Source: an uncultured virus (IMG/VR IMGVR_UViG_3300024283_000012)
Taxonomy: Duplodnaviria; Heunggongvirae; Uroviricota; Caudoviricetes
DNA: 20,000 nucleotides
Direction: 5' to 3' (one strand)
IMG/VR virus record: IMGVR_UViG_3300024283_000012
The position numbers were made by a program, and so were the translations under genes. How positions within the stretch are numbered: position 1 is the first letter of the stretch; each line of letters starts with the position of its first letter. Positions 6,832 to 14,448 of the stretch are shown here, in pieces. Under the pieces are notes generated by a model that was not told the DNA's origin, ran no database searches, and saw nothing but the letters and a program-made list of their open reading frames with translations.

Positions 6832-7416
6832 TTATGCGTACCAGCTTCGATATTGCGGTGAGCCGTCCCAAAGATCGGCGTACCCGTAGGACATTTTAAC
6901 ACTGGCCTCTTTGCCGTTATTCTGAATGAGCTTCTGAAACGGCTGTGAGTTCTCTTTGAACGAATCTTTAACGCCGATGCAATAATCTGACATGTCGCTC
7001 ATACCTGCGCCCATTCCTTCGACTCGGTGGGTATTGATTGACTGCAGAACGACGGTTTTGCCTTTGAGTTCGACAATCTGGTAGAAGTCCTGATTCGTCT
7101 GCTCCCAGCCCCACGAATAATTGAGAATGTCGCCGACTTGCCACGGGCATACAAAAGCTTTGATTGCTGCCTTGCGTTGCTGCTTCTCATCAAAGTCTTT
7201 CTGCAATTGATCGGTGTATCGCTTAATCCAGTCTTCGCGCTTCTCTGCGGTCGAGAATGCGTAGTTGACTTCAGCTTTCCGTTGCTTGCCTTTGTAGCTG
7301 ATCGCGCAAGGCCGGCCATTCGAATAATAAACATAAATCTGTGCAAGGTGCGCGTGCTCTTCTACGAGTTCGGCCCCTGCGGGAACATATCGTTGAATCT
7401 GTGATATAGTGCTCAT
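6832..7416 (-). CDS. Conserved phage/plasmid hypothetical protein (VGDIL..SWG.EQTN.DFYQ family)
   Basis: RBS AAAGGAG. Motifs YKGKQRK...NYAF, VGDILNYSWGWEQTNQDFYQIV and C-terminal WDG.P.Y.SWYA are recognisable from mobile-element hypothetical proteins. Confidence 0.8.
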   Translation of the reverse strand: MSTISQIQRYVPAGAELVEEHAHLAQIYVYYSNGRPCAISYKGKQRKAEVNYAFSTAEKREDWIKRYTDQLQKDFDEKQQRKAAIKAFVCPWQVGDILNYSWGWEQTNQDFYQIVELKGKTVVLQSINTHRVEGMGAGMSDMSDYCIGVKDSFKENSQPFQKLIQNNGKEASVKMSYGYADLWDGSPQYRSWYA

Positions 7417-7506
7417 TGATCAAATCTCCTTTTGCGGGTGATGCGGTCAATTCGGCCCCGGGTGTTACAAGCGCTCGGGGCTTACTGTTTCCTGCTGACA
7501 AGAGAG

Positions 7507-7535
7507 ATAATAAAGAATCATTGATTAATTGTCAA
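7507..7535 (-). promoter_or_regulatory. Near-consensus sigma70 promoter for the leftward operon
   Basis: TTGACA (7535-7530), 17 bp, TATTAT (7512-7507) with AT-rich upstream DNA. The dyad AATCA-T-TGATT (7516-7526) lies in the spacer. A possible second promoter TTGCGA-16-TATCTT is at 7569-7542. Confidence 0.8.
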
Positions 7536-7643
7536 GCATAAAAGATAAAATATATTTGATTATTCGCAAGCTGAACGAATGCAATGGTTTACAGGCGATA
7601 GATATTTAATAGTGTACTTTATATAACAAAGCACTTGTAGGTA

Positions 7644-8126
7644 ATGAAAGCAGGGTTTAGAATCAGGGAGATGTCCACTGTTTTACACAAGCCAAACAAA
7701 AGTGAACACGTCGGCACAAGGAACCTGAAGCCGTTCCAGCCGGGTCAGTCCGGTAATCCCCTCGGGCGCTCTATCCGCAAATACAGCGTCGTCAATCAAA
7801 TGAAAGACCTGCTTGCCGGGGTCCATTATGACAAGTATACAGCGGAGAAGCTCGCGCTTGAGTTTATGAAACGGCTGTACAGCAAGAAGACGACACCGAC
7901 GGTCTGGGTCCAAATGGTCAGCCTGCTATTCCAATACACCGAACAGAAGCCCGTCCAAAAGATCGAAGTGTCCACCGACGATGACGACTTTCGCCGCAAG
8001 ATGGCTATATTCCTTGAGGAATGCAAGCGCCTGGGGCTGAAGACAAGCGAGGATGAGGCAGCGCGGTTTCTGAATGAGGCCGTGATCGAGACGACCGCGG
8101 AGGTGGGTGGCGATGCTGAAGTGTAA
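7644..8126 (+). CDS. Putative terminase small subunit (DUF5681-type N-terminal motif)
   Basis: NLKPFQPGQSGNPLGR motif, helical middle and KPVQKIEV; first gene of the rightward packaging operon. Start 7644 or 7671. Confidence 0.65.
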   Translation: MKAGFRIREMSTVLHKPNKSEHVGTRNLKPFQPGQSGNPLGRSIRKYSVVNQMKDLLAGVHYDKYTAEKLALEFMKRLYSKKTTPTVWVQMVSLLFQYTEQKPVQKIEVSTDDDDFRRKMAIFLEECKRLGLKTSEDEAARFLNEAVIETTAEVGGDAEV

Positions 8127-8349
8127 CGACTGCGGGACTGAGCTTATTAACGAAGCCGTTGAATCGCCTATTGGGTGGATCTGTATGCGGTGTTTCAGCA
8201 AGGCTATCTATTGGGACGGTGCGGGCCATACAGAGTTGAAATGCGCTGCCTCCGATGGGCAAGTCAATATACCGGCGTTCACCGTTGAATCAACTGTTAT
8301 CGATTACCCCGACTGGCCTGACTTTGTGGATAAGGACGCAAGATTATGA
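8113..8349 (+). CDS. Small zinc-ribbon hypothetical protein
   Basis: CNDC...CMRC; overlaps neighbouring genes. Confidence 0.55.
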   Translation: MLKCNDCGTELINEAVESPIGWICMRCFSKAIYWDGAGHTELKCAASDGQVNIPAFTVESTVIDYPDWPDFVDKDARL

Positions 8350-8582
8350 GCACTGAGATTGAGCGAAAACAAAAGCTAGCTCAGATGGTCAATCACAGGC
8401 CGGGCGATGAGCCGTTACTGATCAATGACGCCATAGCCCAGGAGCGCCAGCGGTGTGCGGGGATTGTGGAATCGCTGAAGGTTGAACTCGATGACCTGCG
8501 CGGCTATGCAATGGACATCAAATACGAAACGGATAAACTGATCGACAGCAAGATCAAGGAGATCAACGCAGATGGCGAATGA
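8346..8582 (+). CDS. Hypothetical protein
   Basis: ATGA coupling; AQERQRCA.IVE is a common small phage protein motif. Confidence 0.65.
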   Translation: MSTEIERKQKLAQMVNHRPGDEPLLINDAIAQERQRCAGIVESLKVELDDLRGYAMDIKYETDKLIDSKIKEINADGE

Positions 8583-8754
8583 AAAAGATACCGGCATCTA
8601 TGGCGAGTTTGCCGTTATGTCGCGTGACGAGAAAACGCAGACAGCAGAATGCGTTGACCGCGATAGTCGAATCATCCGAATGACGCAGGATGCCTTGGAA
8701 TCTGCTCGCGGATTACCCGTGCCAATACTCAATAGTCAGGAAGATAAACAGTAG
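8572..8754 (+). CDS. Small hypothetical protein
   Basis: RBS AAGGAG upstream; overlaps the previous gene. Confidence 0.55.
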   Translation: MANEKDTGIYGEFAVMSRDEKTQTAECVDRDSRIIRMTQDALESARGLPVPILNSQEDKQ

Positions 8755-8919
8755 CACAAACGCGCCTCTCGCCAGATTCCCTGTCCACGCATAGTTAGGA
8801 CCGCCAGCAGTCCAGCCAATCCCACATAGCAGAATAAACGTTGCGAGAATCCAATCGACCATTAGCCAGGTGAGCGCGAATGGAGCGGACAGCAACAACA
8901 GAAATGTAATAACAGGCAT
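8713..8919 (-). CDS. Small integral membrane protein (2-3 TM), moron-like
   Basis: Almost entirely hydrophobic 68 aa, RBS GAGGT, and an extended -10 TGG-TATACT at 8974-8966 on the minus strand. Confidence 0.6.
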   Translation of the reverse strand: MPVITFLLLLSAPFALTWLMVDWILATFILLCGIGWTAGGPNYAWTGNLARGAFVLLFIFLTIEYWHG

Positions 8920-9004
8920 AGCGAAACCTCACGGTAAGGAATTGCGCTGGAGGTCGCTTTGGGTCAGTATACCACACCCCTGACAGCAGTATGTCAGTAT
9001 CTTG

Positions 9005-9815
9005 CGGCACCCCGGGTTAATGCGCGGTCAAAATGATACGAATTGGATGGGGTGATGTGTCGCTAAACGTAGTAATGCCCGGTGCTTTAAGGAAGGATTG
9101 TGCAGATCGAATCCGAAAGATACACCGGGCAATACATTTCGACGCAATTTGAGGCAGCAAGCCCCGACTAGGGTCATAATGACATAAATAACCCTTGCGT
9201 TCAATGTCAAAATGGGTTTATTATCGAAATCGTGCAGATTGAATTTACACCATTTCATTGACGATTACGACAAAGCGGTGGAAGCCCGTCTGCACACGGG
9301 CATGCTCAAGGGTTGCCCAGTGTTCTTTGATAACTCGATTACTTTTGTAATCCCCGGTTAAATTAAGGGTGCGACGTTTCCGGGCACACAAAACAAGAAA
9401 CCCGCCTGCATGTCATTATCCGCTGACGTAAATTCGTCCTATGGATTCATCGGCTCAGGCAAAGGTGACAAGAGACGCCAAGTTGTAGGCGTTGATTACG
9501 AAGGCTAGGTCAACTGGTTTTCCTGTCTGGCTGCAGATAGGTTTTTCCGGGCTACGGGATGGTGATTGATCCATCAATGCAGGGTTACGCCCCGGTCGAT
9601 TCGGCTCATATGCGAAATAAATCAGGTAAGGCCGAACCTGTAGATGCTTACGAGTCTACACTAGCCGACAGTTGAAAGTCCCACAACCAAACAAATGTGA
9701 GTTATCAAGGTCACTATACGAGCATGATTCCCTATTAACAGTATCCGGTAGGGCGCAGAGGCGTCTAATAGGATATATGAGAGAGGGAAACCCTGCACCA
9801 TGGTTTCTTTTTTTA
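9005..9815 (+). ncRNA. Candidate large (~810 nt) highly structured phage ncRNA (GOLLD/ROOL-like size, or new class)
   Basis: No convincing ORF. More than 15 helices are visible by eye, including long-range 9325-9336/9699-9710, 9302-9307/9720-9725 and 9405-9411/9577-9583. Non-Watson-Crick positions are G-U on the + strand. A hairpin plus U-run ends the region at 9786-9814. Confidence 0.75.
9782..9814 (+). terminator. Intrinsic terminator-like hairpin closing the candidate ncRNA
   Basis: GGAAACC (9786-9792), loop CTGCACCAT, GGTTTCT (9802-9808), followed by a T-run to 9814. Confidence 0.55.
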
Positions 9816-9823
9816 GGCTTTTT

Positions 9824-10294
9824 ATGATTTATGCAGAAAATCAACCTTGTCCATCACGGAATTGTGATAGCTGGCTGAAGGTTCGTCGTCGACCTGCCGG
9901 ATGGAAACCTGATCCTTCGTACAAGTATCAATATGCGGTGTGGTATGTTTGCAAGCACGGCCATACTCACTTCAACGATGTCGACAAACGATTCCCTGAG
10001 CATATTCGCGCCGAAAAAACTGAAAAGCGATTATTTAACCCTGACGAGATTACTGTCGTTAAAGCCCCAAAGCCGTCTATAATTGCTGCGAAGTCAGAAC
10101 AGAAGGTGCTTGGTCCTGCGCGAATGTCAGCAACCCAGGCCGCCCGTGCAACCGCAGGCCGTCACCTGCTCACGAACCTGCTGCGCGCTCGCTACGTTGA
10201 CCAGGGCGACGAGGATGTGACGGAGACTATGGGTAAGATCGAGAAGAGAAAGCAACGGAGTCTGAAGCGGAAGATGAAAAGGAAAACAGGATGA
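9824..10294 (+). CDS. Basic hypothetical protein with N-terminal Cys/His zinc site
   Basis: CPSRNC...CKHGH and a Lys/Arg-rich C-terminus (KRKQRSLKRKMKRK). ATG 9824 lies just after the terminator-like hairpin; ATG 9800 lies inside it. Confidence 0.7.
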   Translation: MIYAENQPCPSRNCDSWLKVRRRPAGWKPDPSYKYQYAVWYVCKHGHTHFNDVDKRFPEHIRAEKTEKRLFNPDEITVVKAPKPSIIAAKSEQKVLGPARMSATQAARATAGRHLLTNLLRARYVDQGDEDVTETMGKIEKRKQRSLKRKMKRKTG

Positions 10295-10491
10295 ACGTAG
10301 AACTAACGCCACAAGAGATCAAGCTAATCAGTGAGGCGCTTGCGGTATCTCACCGGAGCATCGCCACGATGTTTGTTGATGGGGCCCGCAAGTCAATAGA
10401 TCACGTTGAAAACAGGAAAGCCGAATTCAAAGCCCTGCGAATGAAGATCGACAGCCTTGTGCTGCAAAACGCAATAGACGGCAAGCTGTAA
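10291..10491 (+). CDS. Small hypothetical protein
   Basis: ATGA coupling; MNVELTPQEIKLISEAL is a typical small phage protein start. Confidence 0.7.
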   Translation: MNVELTPQEIKLISEALAVSHRSIATMFVDGARKSIDHVENRKAEFKALRMKIDSLVLQNAIDGKL

Positions 10492-10512
10492 GGAAAGGAA
10501 ACGGGTGAGCGC

Positions 10513-10833
10513 GTGAAGATTCAGGCGCGAATTGTGCTAGATAAGCAATGGGGCAATAACAAAGTCACCTGCCCTTCGTGCTTGCGTTACGACGACGTGA
10601 AAATGAGCAGATATGTCAGTAGTTATACCACAAGGGCACGATACTGCCTGCGCCGCAGCTGGCTTTCGCGTAAACTCTGCGCGCTGCGCAACAAGATCAC
10701 AGAAGACCATTGGCACGTTAAATGCGCATTTTGCCGTTACAAATATCTGATGGGCAAGCCCGTTCCGCAAGAGCAGGTCGAGGAATTCACGATCAGCAAG
10801 CTCGAATCGTTATGGAAAGGCGGCCCGGAATGA
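10513..10833 (+). CDS. Zinc-finger hypothetical protein
   Basis: CPSC...H..CAFC; purine-rich RBS region. Confidence 0.65.
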   Translation: MKIQARIVLDKQWGNNKVTCPSCLRYDDVKMSRYVSSYTTRARYCLRRSWLSRKLCALRNKITEDHWHVKCAFCRYKYLMGKPVPQEQVEEFTISKLESLWKGGPE

Positions 10834-11036
10834 CCCCGACCCTCGCCCTCTCTGTCCACTCTGCGCCGCCCGACTGGTACGCAGCGCTACCACGGCCCAA
10901 AGCGTTCAATGCGTCGAACTCGCTTACTTGTCGCTGCGGTATGGTGATCGGATACACCCTGGACGGTGTACAATATGGCGTGATTAGGGCGGAGTCTTTT
11001 GGGGATTGGTGGAAGGAAATGGAGAATTGTTTATGA
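10830..11036 (+). CDS. Small hypothetical protein
   Basis: ATGA coupling at both ends. Confidence 0.55.
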   Translation: MTPTLALSVHSAPPDWYAALPRPKAFNASNSLTCRCGMVIGYTLDGVQYGVIRAESFGDWWKEMENCL

Positions 11037-11293
11037 AGATAATGGACAGGACGATAAAGACTATCGGCGTCACGGTTGTCAATACCAGCAGCCGAATAGT
11101 TACATTTACGGCGAATAATGGCGCGGTCGGCGTTCATATTAAGCCGGGTGAGCAGTTTATCAGTGAGTCATCGCCGCAGAATCCAAATCCGTTCCGCGTT
11201 TTCCTTGCTGGGCGCGGCGGTAAATTCTCGGTGTCGAAAACCATTATTCCGGGATATTCGACGATGATTCAGATAGCCGACAGATTAAGGTAA
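11033..11293 (+). CDS. Small hypothetical protein (beta-rich)
   Basis: ATGA coupling, GGAG RBS. Confidence 0.6.
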   Translation: MKIMDRTIKTIGVTVVNTSSRIVTFTANNGAVGVHIKPGEQFISESSPQNPNPFRVFLAGRGGKFSVSKTIIPGYSTMIQIADRLR

Positions 11294-11295
11294 TT

Positions 11296-11829
11296 ATGAC
11301 CGAACTTGAATCATATCGTCAGTGGATGCACCCGGCGCATAAGCATTTTGGCGCCAAGCCGCTGGCGGTCGATCGCGCAATCAATGAGGCGATTTATCGT
11401 GATGGCGGTACGGGTGGACGCGACAACCCTGACCACGTATTCAATCCTGACGAATGGTGCCTCGATTGCAATCCATCGCGAGACGCCGAGCACGAACCCC
11501 TTACCGCAACAGTGCCGACGGAGTATTGGACGCCGAAACCTGTTATGTACTCCCGCTATTGCTCCACCTGCCATACGGTTTTCGATAGTTTTGACCCGTT
11601 TGACCGAGTGTACTGCGAGGGCTGTAAAGCACCAGAGCCGATGACGCTGGCGAGGGCGGTCGAGGTGCTGAATGAGCACAAGTGGGACGGTTGCACGAAT
11701 TGGGTAGCCAGCGAGAATTCAATTAACGGCGCGTTCGCAATTCCAGCAGACTCGGATAGCCCGCGCAAGGACATGGTCGAGCCGTTCGTCGCCATTGCAA
11801 TCGCTGAAAAGCTCCTGCGTGAATCCTAA
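11296..11829 (+). CDS. Hypothetical protein with several CxxC motifs
   Basis: CLDC, CSTC and CEGC; TAATG coupling to terL. Confidence 0.65.
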   Translation: MTELESYRQWMHPAHKHFGAKPLAVDRAINEAIYRDGGTGGRDNPDHVFNPDEWCLDCNPSRDAEHEPLTATVPTEYWTPKPVMYSRYCSTCHTVFDSFDPFDRVYCEGCKAPEPMTLARAVEVLNEHKWDGCTNWVASENSINGAFAIPADSDSPRKDMVEPFVAIAIAEKLLRES

Positions 11830-13727
11830 TGGACGAGTATCAGCAAAAACTGGAGCTGGCCCAAAAGATCAACCTGATGGCCGGGATTAAGAACGGCAAG
11901 GCTCGCTCTATTGAATCCTCCCTCATCGAGGCCGACTGGCGCGTGTGGCTCAAAACCGTCGGCCCGCATACGTTCACAAAAGAATTCTCGTTCTTCCACG
12001 CAGAGTTATGGCAGTGGTACTGGGCGATCACTCAGAAGCTGCGCCACAAAGAGCCGCTGACAGAGGACGATCTGGTGTTCTTCGCAATCTGGGCGCGGGG
12101 GTTCGGCAAGACATCAAACGCCGAATGGTGTGCGATCGCTGAGGGCGCGCTGATTGGCTCTGGCTATGTGCTCTATGTGAGCGGCACAGCGGTTCAGGCT
12201 GAAGGCCACGTCGCGTCGATTCGTTCCCGCCTGGAATCCGAAGAGATAACGAAATACTATCCCGCGCTATCGAATCCGAAGATAGGCGAGCACGGCAATC
12301 AGCACGGCTGGGGTAAGGAGTTCCTGAAGACTGACAGCGGCTGGTCGATACGTCCGGTAGGCCTCGATCAGAACATCCGCGGCGTCAAAGAAGGCGACAT
12401 GCGCCCGACGCTGATAATCCTCGACGATATTGACGATGTGAACGATTCCCCCCACGTTGTCGACCAGAAGATCAGGAAGATCACGGGATCAATTCTACCG
12501 ACAGGGACGGCCTATACGCGCAAGATATTCGCTCAAAACCTGATTCATCGTAACAGCGTGCTAAACCTCGCGTTCACCCGTAAGCGGGATTTACTCCAGC
12601 GTCGAATCGTCAAAGGGCCGTACCCGGCATTTCAGGATCTGCAGATAGAGGTCGATTCAACGCCTGCTGGCCCTATTAACCGGATCACTGCCGGCCGCCC
12701 GACCTGGCCCGGTATTGATATGCAGGAAGTGCAACGATTCCTTGATGACTCCGGGCGGGATCTATTTCTCGCGGAGTATCAGCACGATTTCAGCGGCGTC
12801 GATCAGAAGCGCGTTATCCCTGAGTATGACGAGACGATTCACATCATTACGTGGTCGCAGTTCGAGAAAGTATTCGGCGTTCGTTATATCCCCGAGCACT
12901 GGCTGCGCGAAGTCGGTCACGATATTGGGTACACTAAAGAGCATCTTTCAAGCTGGTCGTTTGTGGCAACGAGCGCAAAGAATTCGCCGTTTCCTAACCT
13001 GAAGTTCCTTTATCGAGGGCTGAACTACTGCGAGCCATTGCTCGACGATATGGCAGCCGATGTGATTCGAATACTTCAGCCTGACTATTCTGTGGGGCGT
13101 CGCTTTGACGAAAAGGAATGCATTACCCGCTGGAAAATGAGCCACGAGAAGAAGGGCGAGCGGATGACGTATCAGCAGAAATACAAGTTGCCGTTTACGC
13201 CCGTCGACTTCAGCAAATCCGACGGTATTTCGCAATGGCGCCATTATCTGCGATGTGATCACAAACTGAAGCATCCGTTTATGGACGACTATCAGGCCAG
13301 CGCTGACTCACCCTGGTCAATTGGCCGCCCGTCTCTCTACTACATTGTCGATGACGACCAGGTCACGATGCCGCGTAATGACGCTGGCCTTGCCAATCAC
13401 AGGCGCGAATTGCTGAACTGGGAGATGCGTCGGAGCGTTGAGACCGATACCGGATACAGCAAAGAACAGCCGGTAAAGGCGCGCGACGATGCGGCCGATT
13501 CCTTCAGGATGATCACAGCGTCTTGGGGACCTGGCGCGCTGGAACTAACCCCAGCCGAACAACAGGAGGTCGACCTGCCCGACCCGTACAAGATCGAGAA
13601 CATCGCCAAGGCTTCCCCTCTCGCGCAGCAGCAGTTGTATATGGCGCGGATGGCTGAAATACAGGCTCAGAAAGATAAAAAGGCACAGGCGCAAGGAGAT
13701 TGGATCAAATCGCCTTCGTCGTGGTAG
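11829..13727 (+). CDS. terL: Terminase large subunit
   Basis: Walker A WARGFGKTS, Walker B LIILDDIDD preceded by IRG...RP, F.AEYQ, and RNase H-like nuclease residues in GHDIG and DDAADSFR. Confidence 0.92.
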   Translation: MDEYQQKLELAQKINLMAGIKNGKARSIESSLIEADWRVWLKTVGPHTFTKEFSFFHAELWQWYWAITQKLRHKEPLTEDDLVFFAIWARGFGKTSNAEWCAIAEGALIGSGYVLYVSGTAVQAEGHVASIRSRLESEEITKYYPALSNPKIGEHGNQHGWGKEFLKTDSGWSIRPVGLDQNIRGVKEGDMRPTLIILDDIDDVNDSPHVVDQKIRKITGSILPTGTAYTRKIFAQNLIHRNSVLNLAFTRKRDLLQRRIVKGPYPAFQDLQIEVDSTPAGPINRITAGRPTWPGIDMQEVQRFLDDSGRDLFLAEYQHDFSGVDQKRVIPEYDETIHIITWSQFEKVFGVRYIPEHWLREVGHDIGYTKEHLSSWSFVATSAKNSPFPNLKFLYRGLNYCEPLLDDMAADVIRILQPDYSVGRRFDEKECITRWKMSHEKKGERMTYQQKYKLPFTPVDFSKSDGISQWRHYLRCDHKLKHPFMDDYQASADSPWSIGRPSLYYIVDDDQVTMPRNDAGLANHRRELLNWEMRRSVETDTGYSKEQPVKARDDAADSFRMITASWGPGALELTPAEQQEVDLPDPYKIENIAKASPLAQQQLYMARMAEIQAQKDKKAQAQGDWIKSPSSW

Positions 13728-13736
13728 AATGACTAT

Positions 13737-14015
13737 ATGAGAAGAGGAATAAAAATAGATCAGCCGACGTATACCACGATTCGATCCTGTGACCATTGCC
13801 GGCGCGACATTGACGTGATTTTAGATGGAACAAAGTCAACACTGCCGACTTGCTATGCAGTAACAGTCGAGTCGGAGTTTTTCGACAGCGGCAAAATTCA
13901 CAATGATTTCTGTTCGCTGAACTGCCTGATATTGTGGGCGAATGAGCAAGGAAAGACGAGTCCGGGACTGCTTGCAAATGCTTATCCGAGCTACTGGAAA
14001 TTGGAGTCGAGATGA
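13737..14015 (+). CDS. Small zinc-binding hypothetical protein
   Basis: CDHC...DFCSLNCL. Confidence 0.65.
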   Translation: MRRGIKIDQPTYTTIRSCDHCRRDIDVILDGTKSTLPTCYAVTVESEFFDSGKIHNDFCSLNCLILWANEQGKTSPGLLANAYPSYWKLESR

Positions 14016-14260
14016 CATTCCGCGACTACTACCGCGCCCTCGGCTTCTTCGCCTTCTTTGCATCGCGCAGAGAGGCATACGACCGTGAACAGCGGTTGTT
14101 AAATGAACTGGCCCGCAAGGATGAACTAATCGAATTCCACCGCCGCAAACTCACCGACGCTATGATGGTGACTGCGAATCGCAAGCCGGTGTACGATGTG
14201 CCTGAGACGAAGGTGGAAGAGTACAAAGACCCGGTTGTCGGGTATCAGAGGATGCAATGA
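14012..14260 (+). CDS. Small hypothetical protein (coiled coil)
   Basis: ATGA coupling at both ends, GGAG RBS. Confidence 0.65.
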   Translation: MTFRDYYRALGFFAFFASRREAYDREQRLLNELARKDELIEFHRRKLTDAMMVTANRKPVYDVPETKVEEYKDPVVGYQRMQ

Positions 14261-14448
14261 GCTATCAATTCAACCCGGATGGCGAGCACGCTAAAGACAT
14301 ACTTGCTCAGGTCGATCTGAAGCCCGGCGAATCGCAAGGCGTCTGCGAGAAGTGTGGTTACTGCCTTGAAAAGAACTCAGCGATTGCGCACAATAAATGC
14401 CCGTACTGTCGCGGGCGATTAGCGGTGCTGTCGGAGCCAAAGCAATGA
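14257..14448 (+). CDS. Small zinc-ribbon protein
   Basis: CEKCG...CPYC; ATGA coupling. Confidence 0.65.
   Translation: MSYQFNPDGEHAKDILAQVDLKPGESQGVCEKCGYCLEKNSAIAHNKCPYCRGRLAVLSEPKQ

Noticed and set aside
7588..7615. Rightward promoter TTTACA-16-TAGTGT for terS
   Set aside because: Weak match in AT-rich DNA where such hexamers arise by chance; not supportable without TSS data.
9028..9258. Minus-strand ORF (76 aa), and ORF 9656-9844, inside the large gap
   Set aside because: No RBS or recognisable protein features; they lie antisense to the strongly structured + strand region and are probably chance ORFs.
9369..9700. Group II intron (GTGCGACG at 9369; AGCCG...TGAAAGTC.CAC at 9663-9684 resembles domain V)
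   Set aside because: The 3' strand of domain V (CGGTT) is missing, AGCCGA pairs better with 9601-9606, helices cross the would-be 5' boundary, and there is no interrupted host ORF or RT gene.
9005..9815. tRNA, tmRNA, RNase P or group I intron identity for the structured region
   Set aside because: I could not find a T-loop/CCA cloverleaf, the RNase P P4 signature or group I P7 (R/S) consensus elements by eye. A covariance-model scan is still needed.
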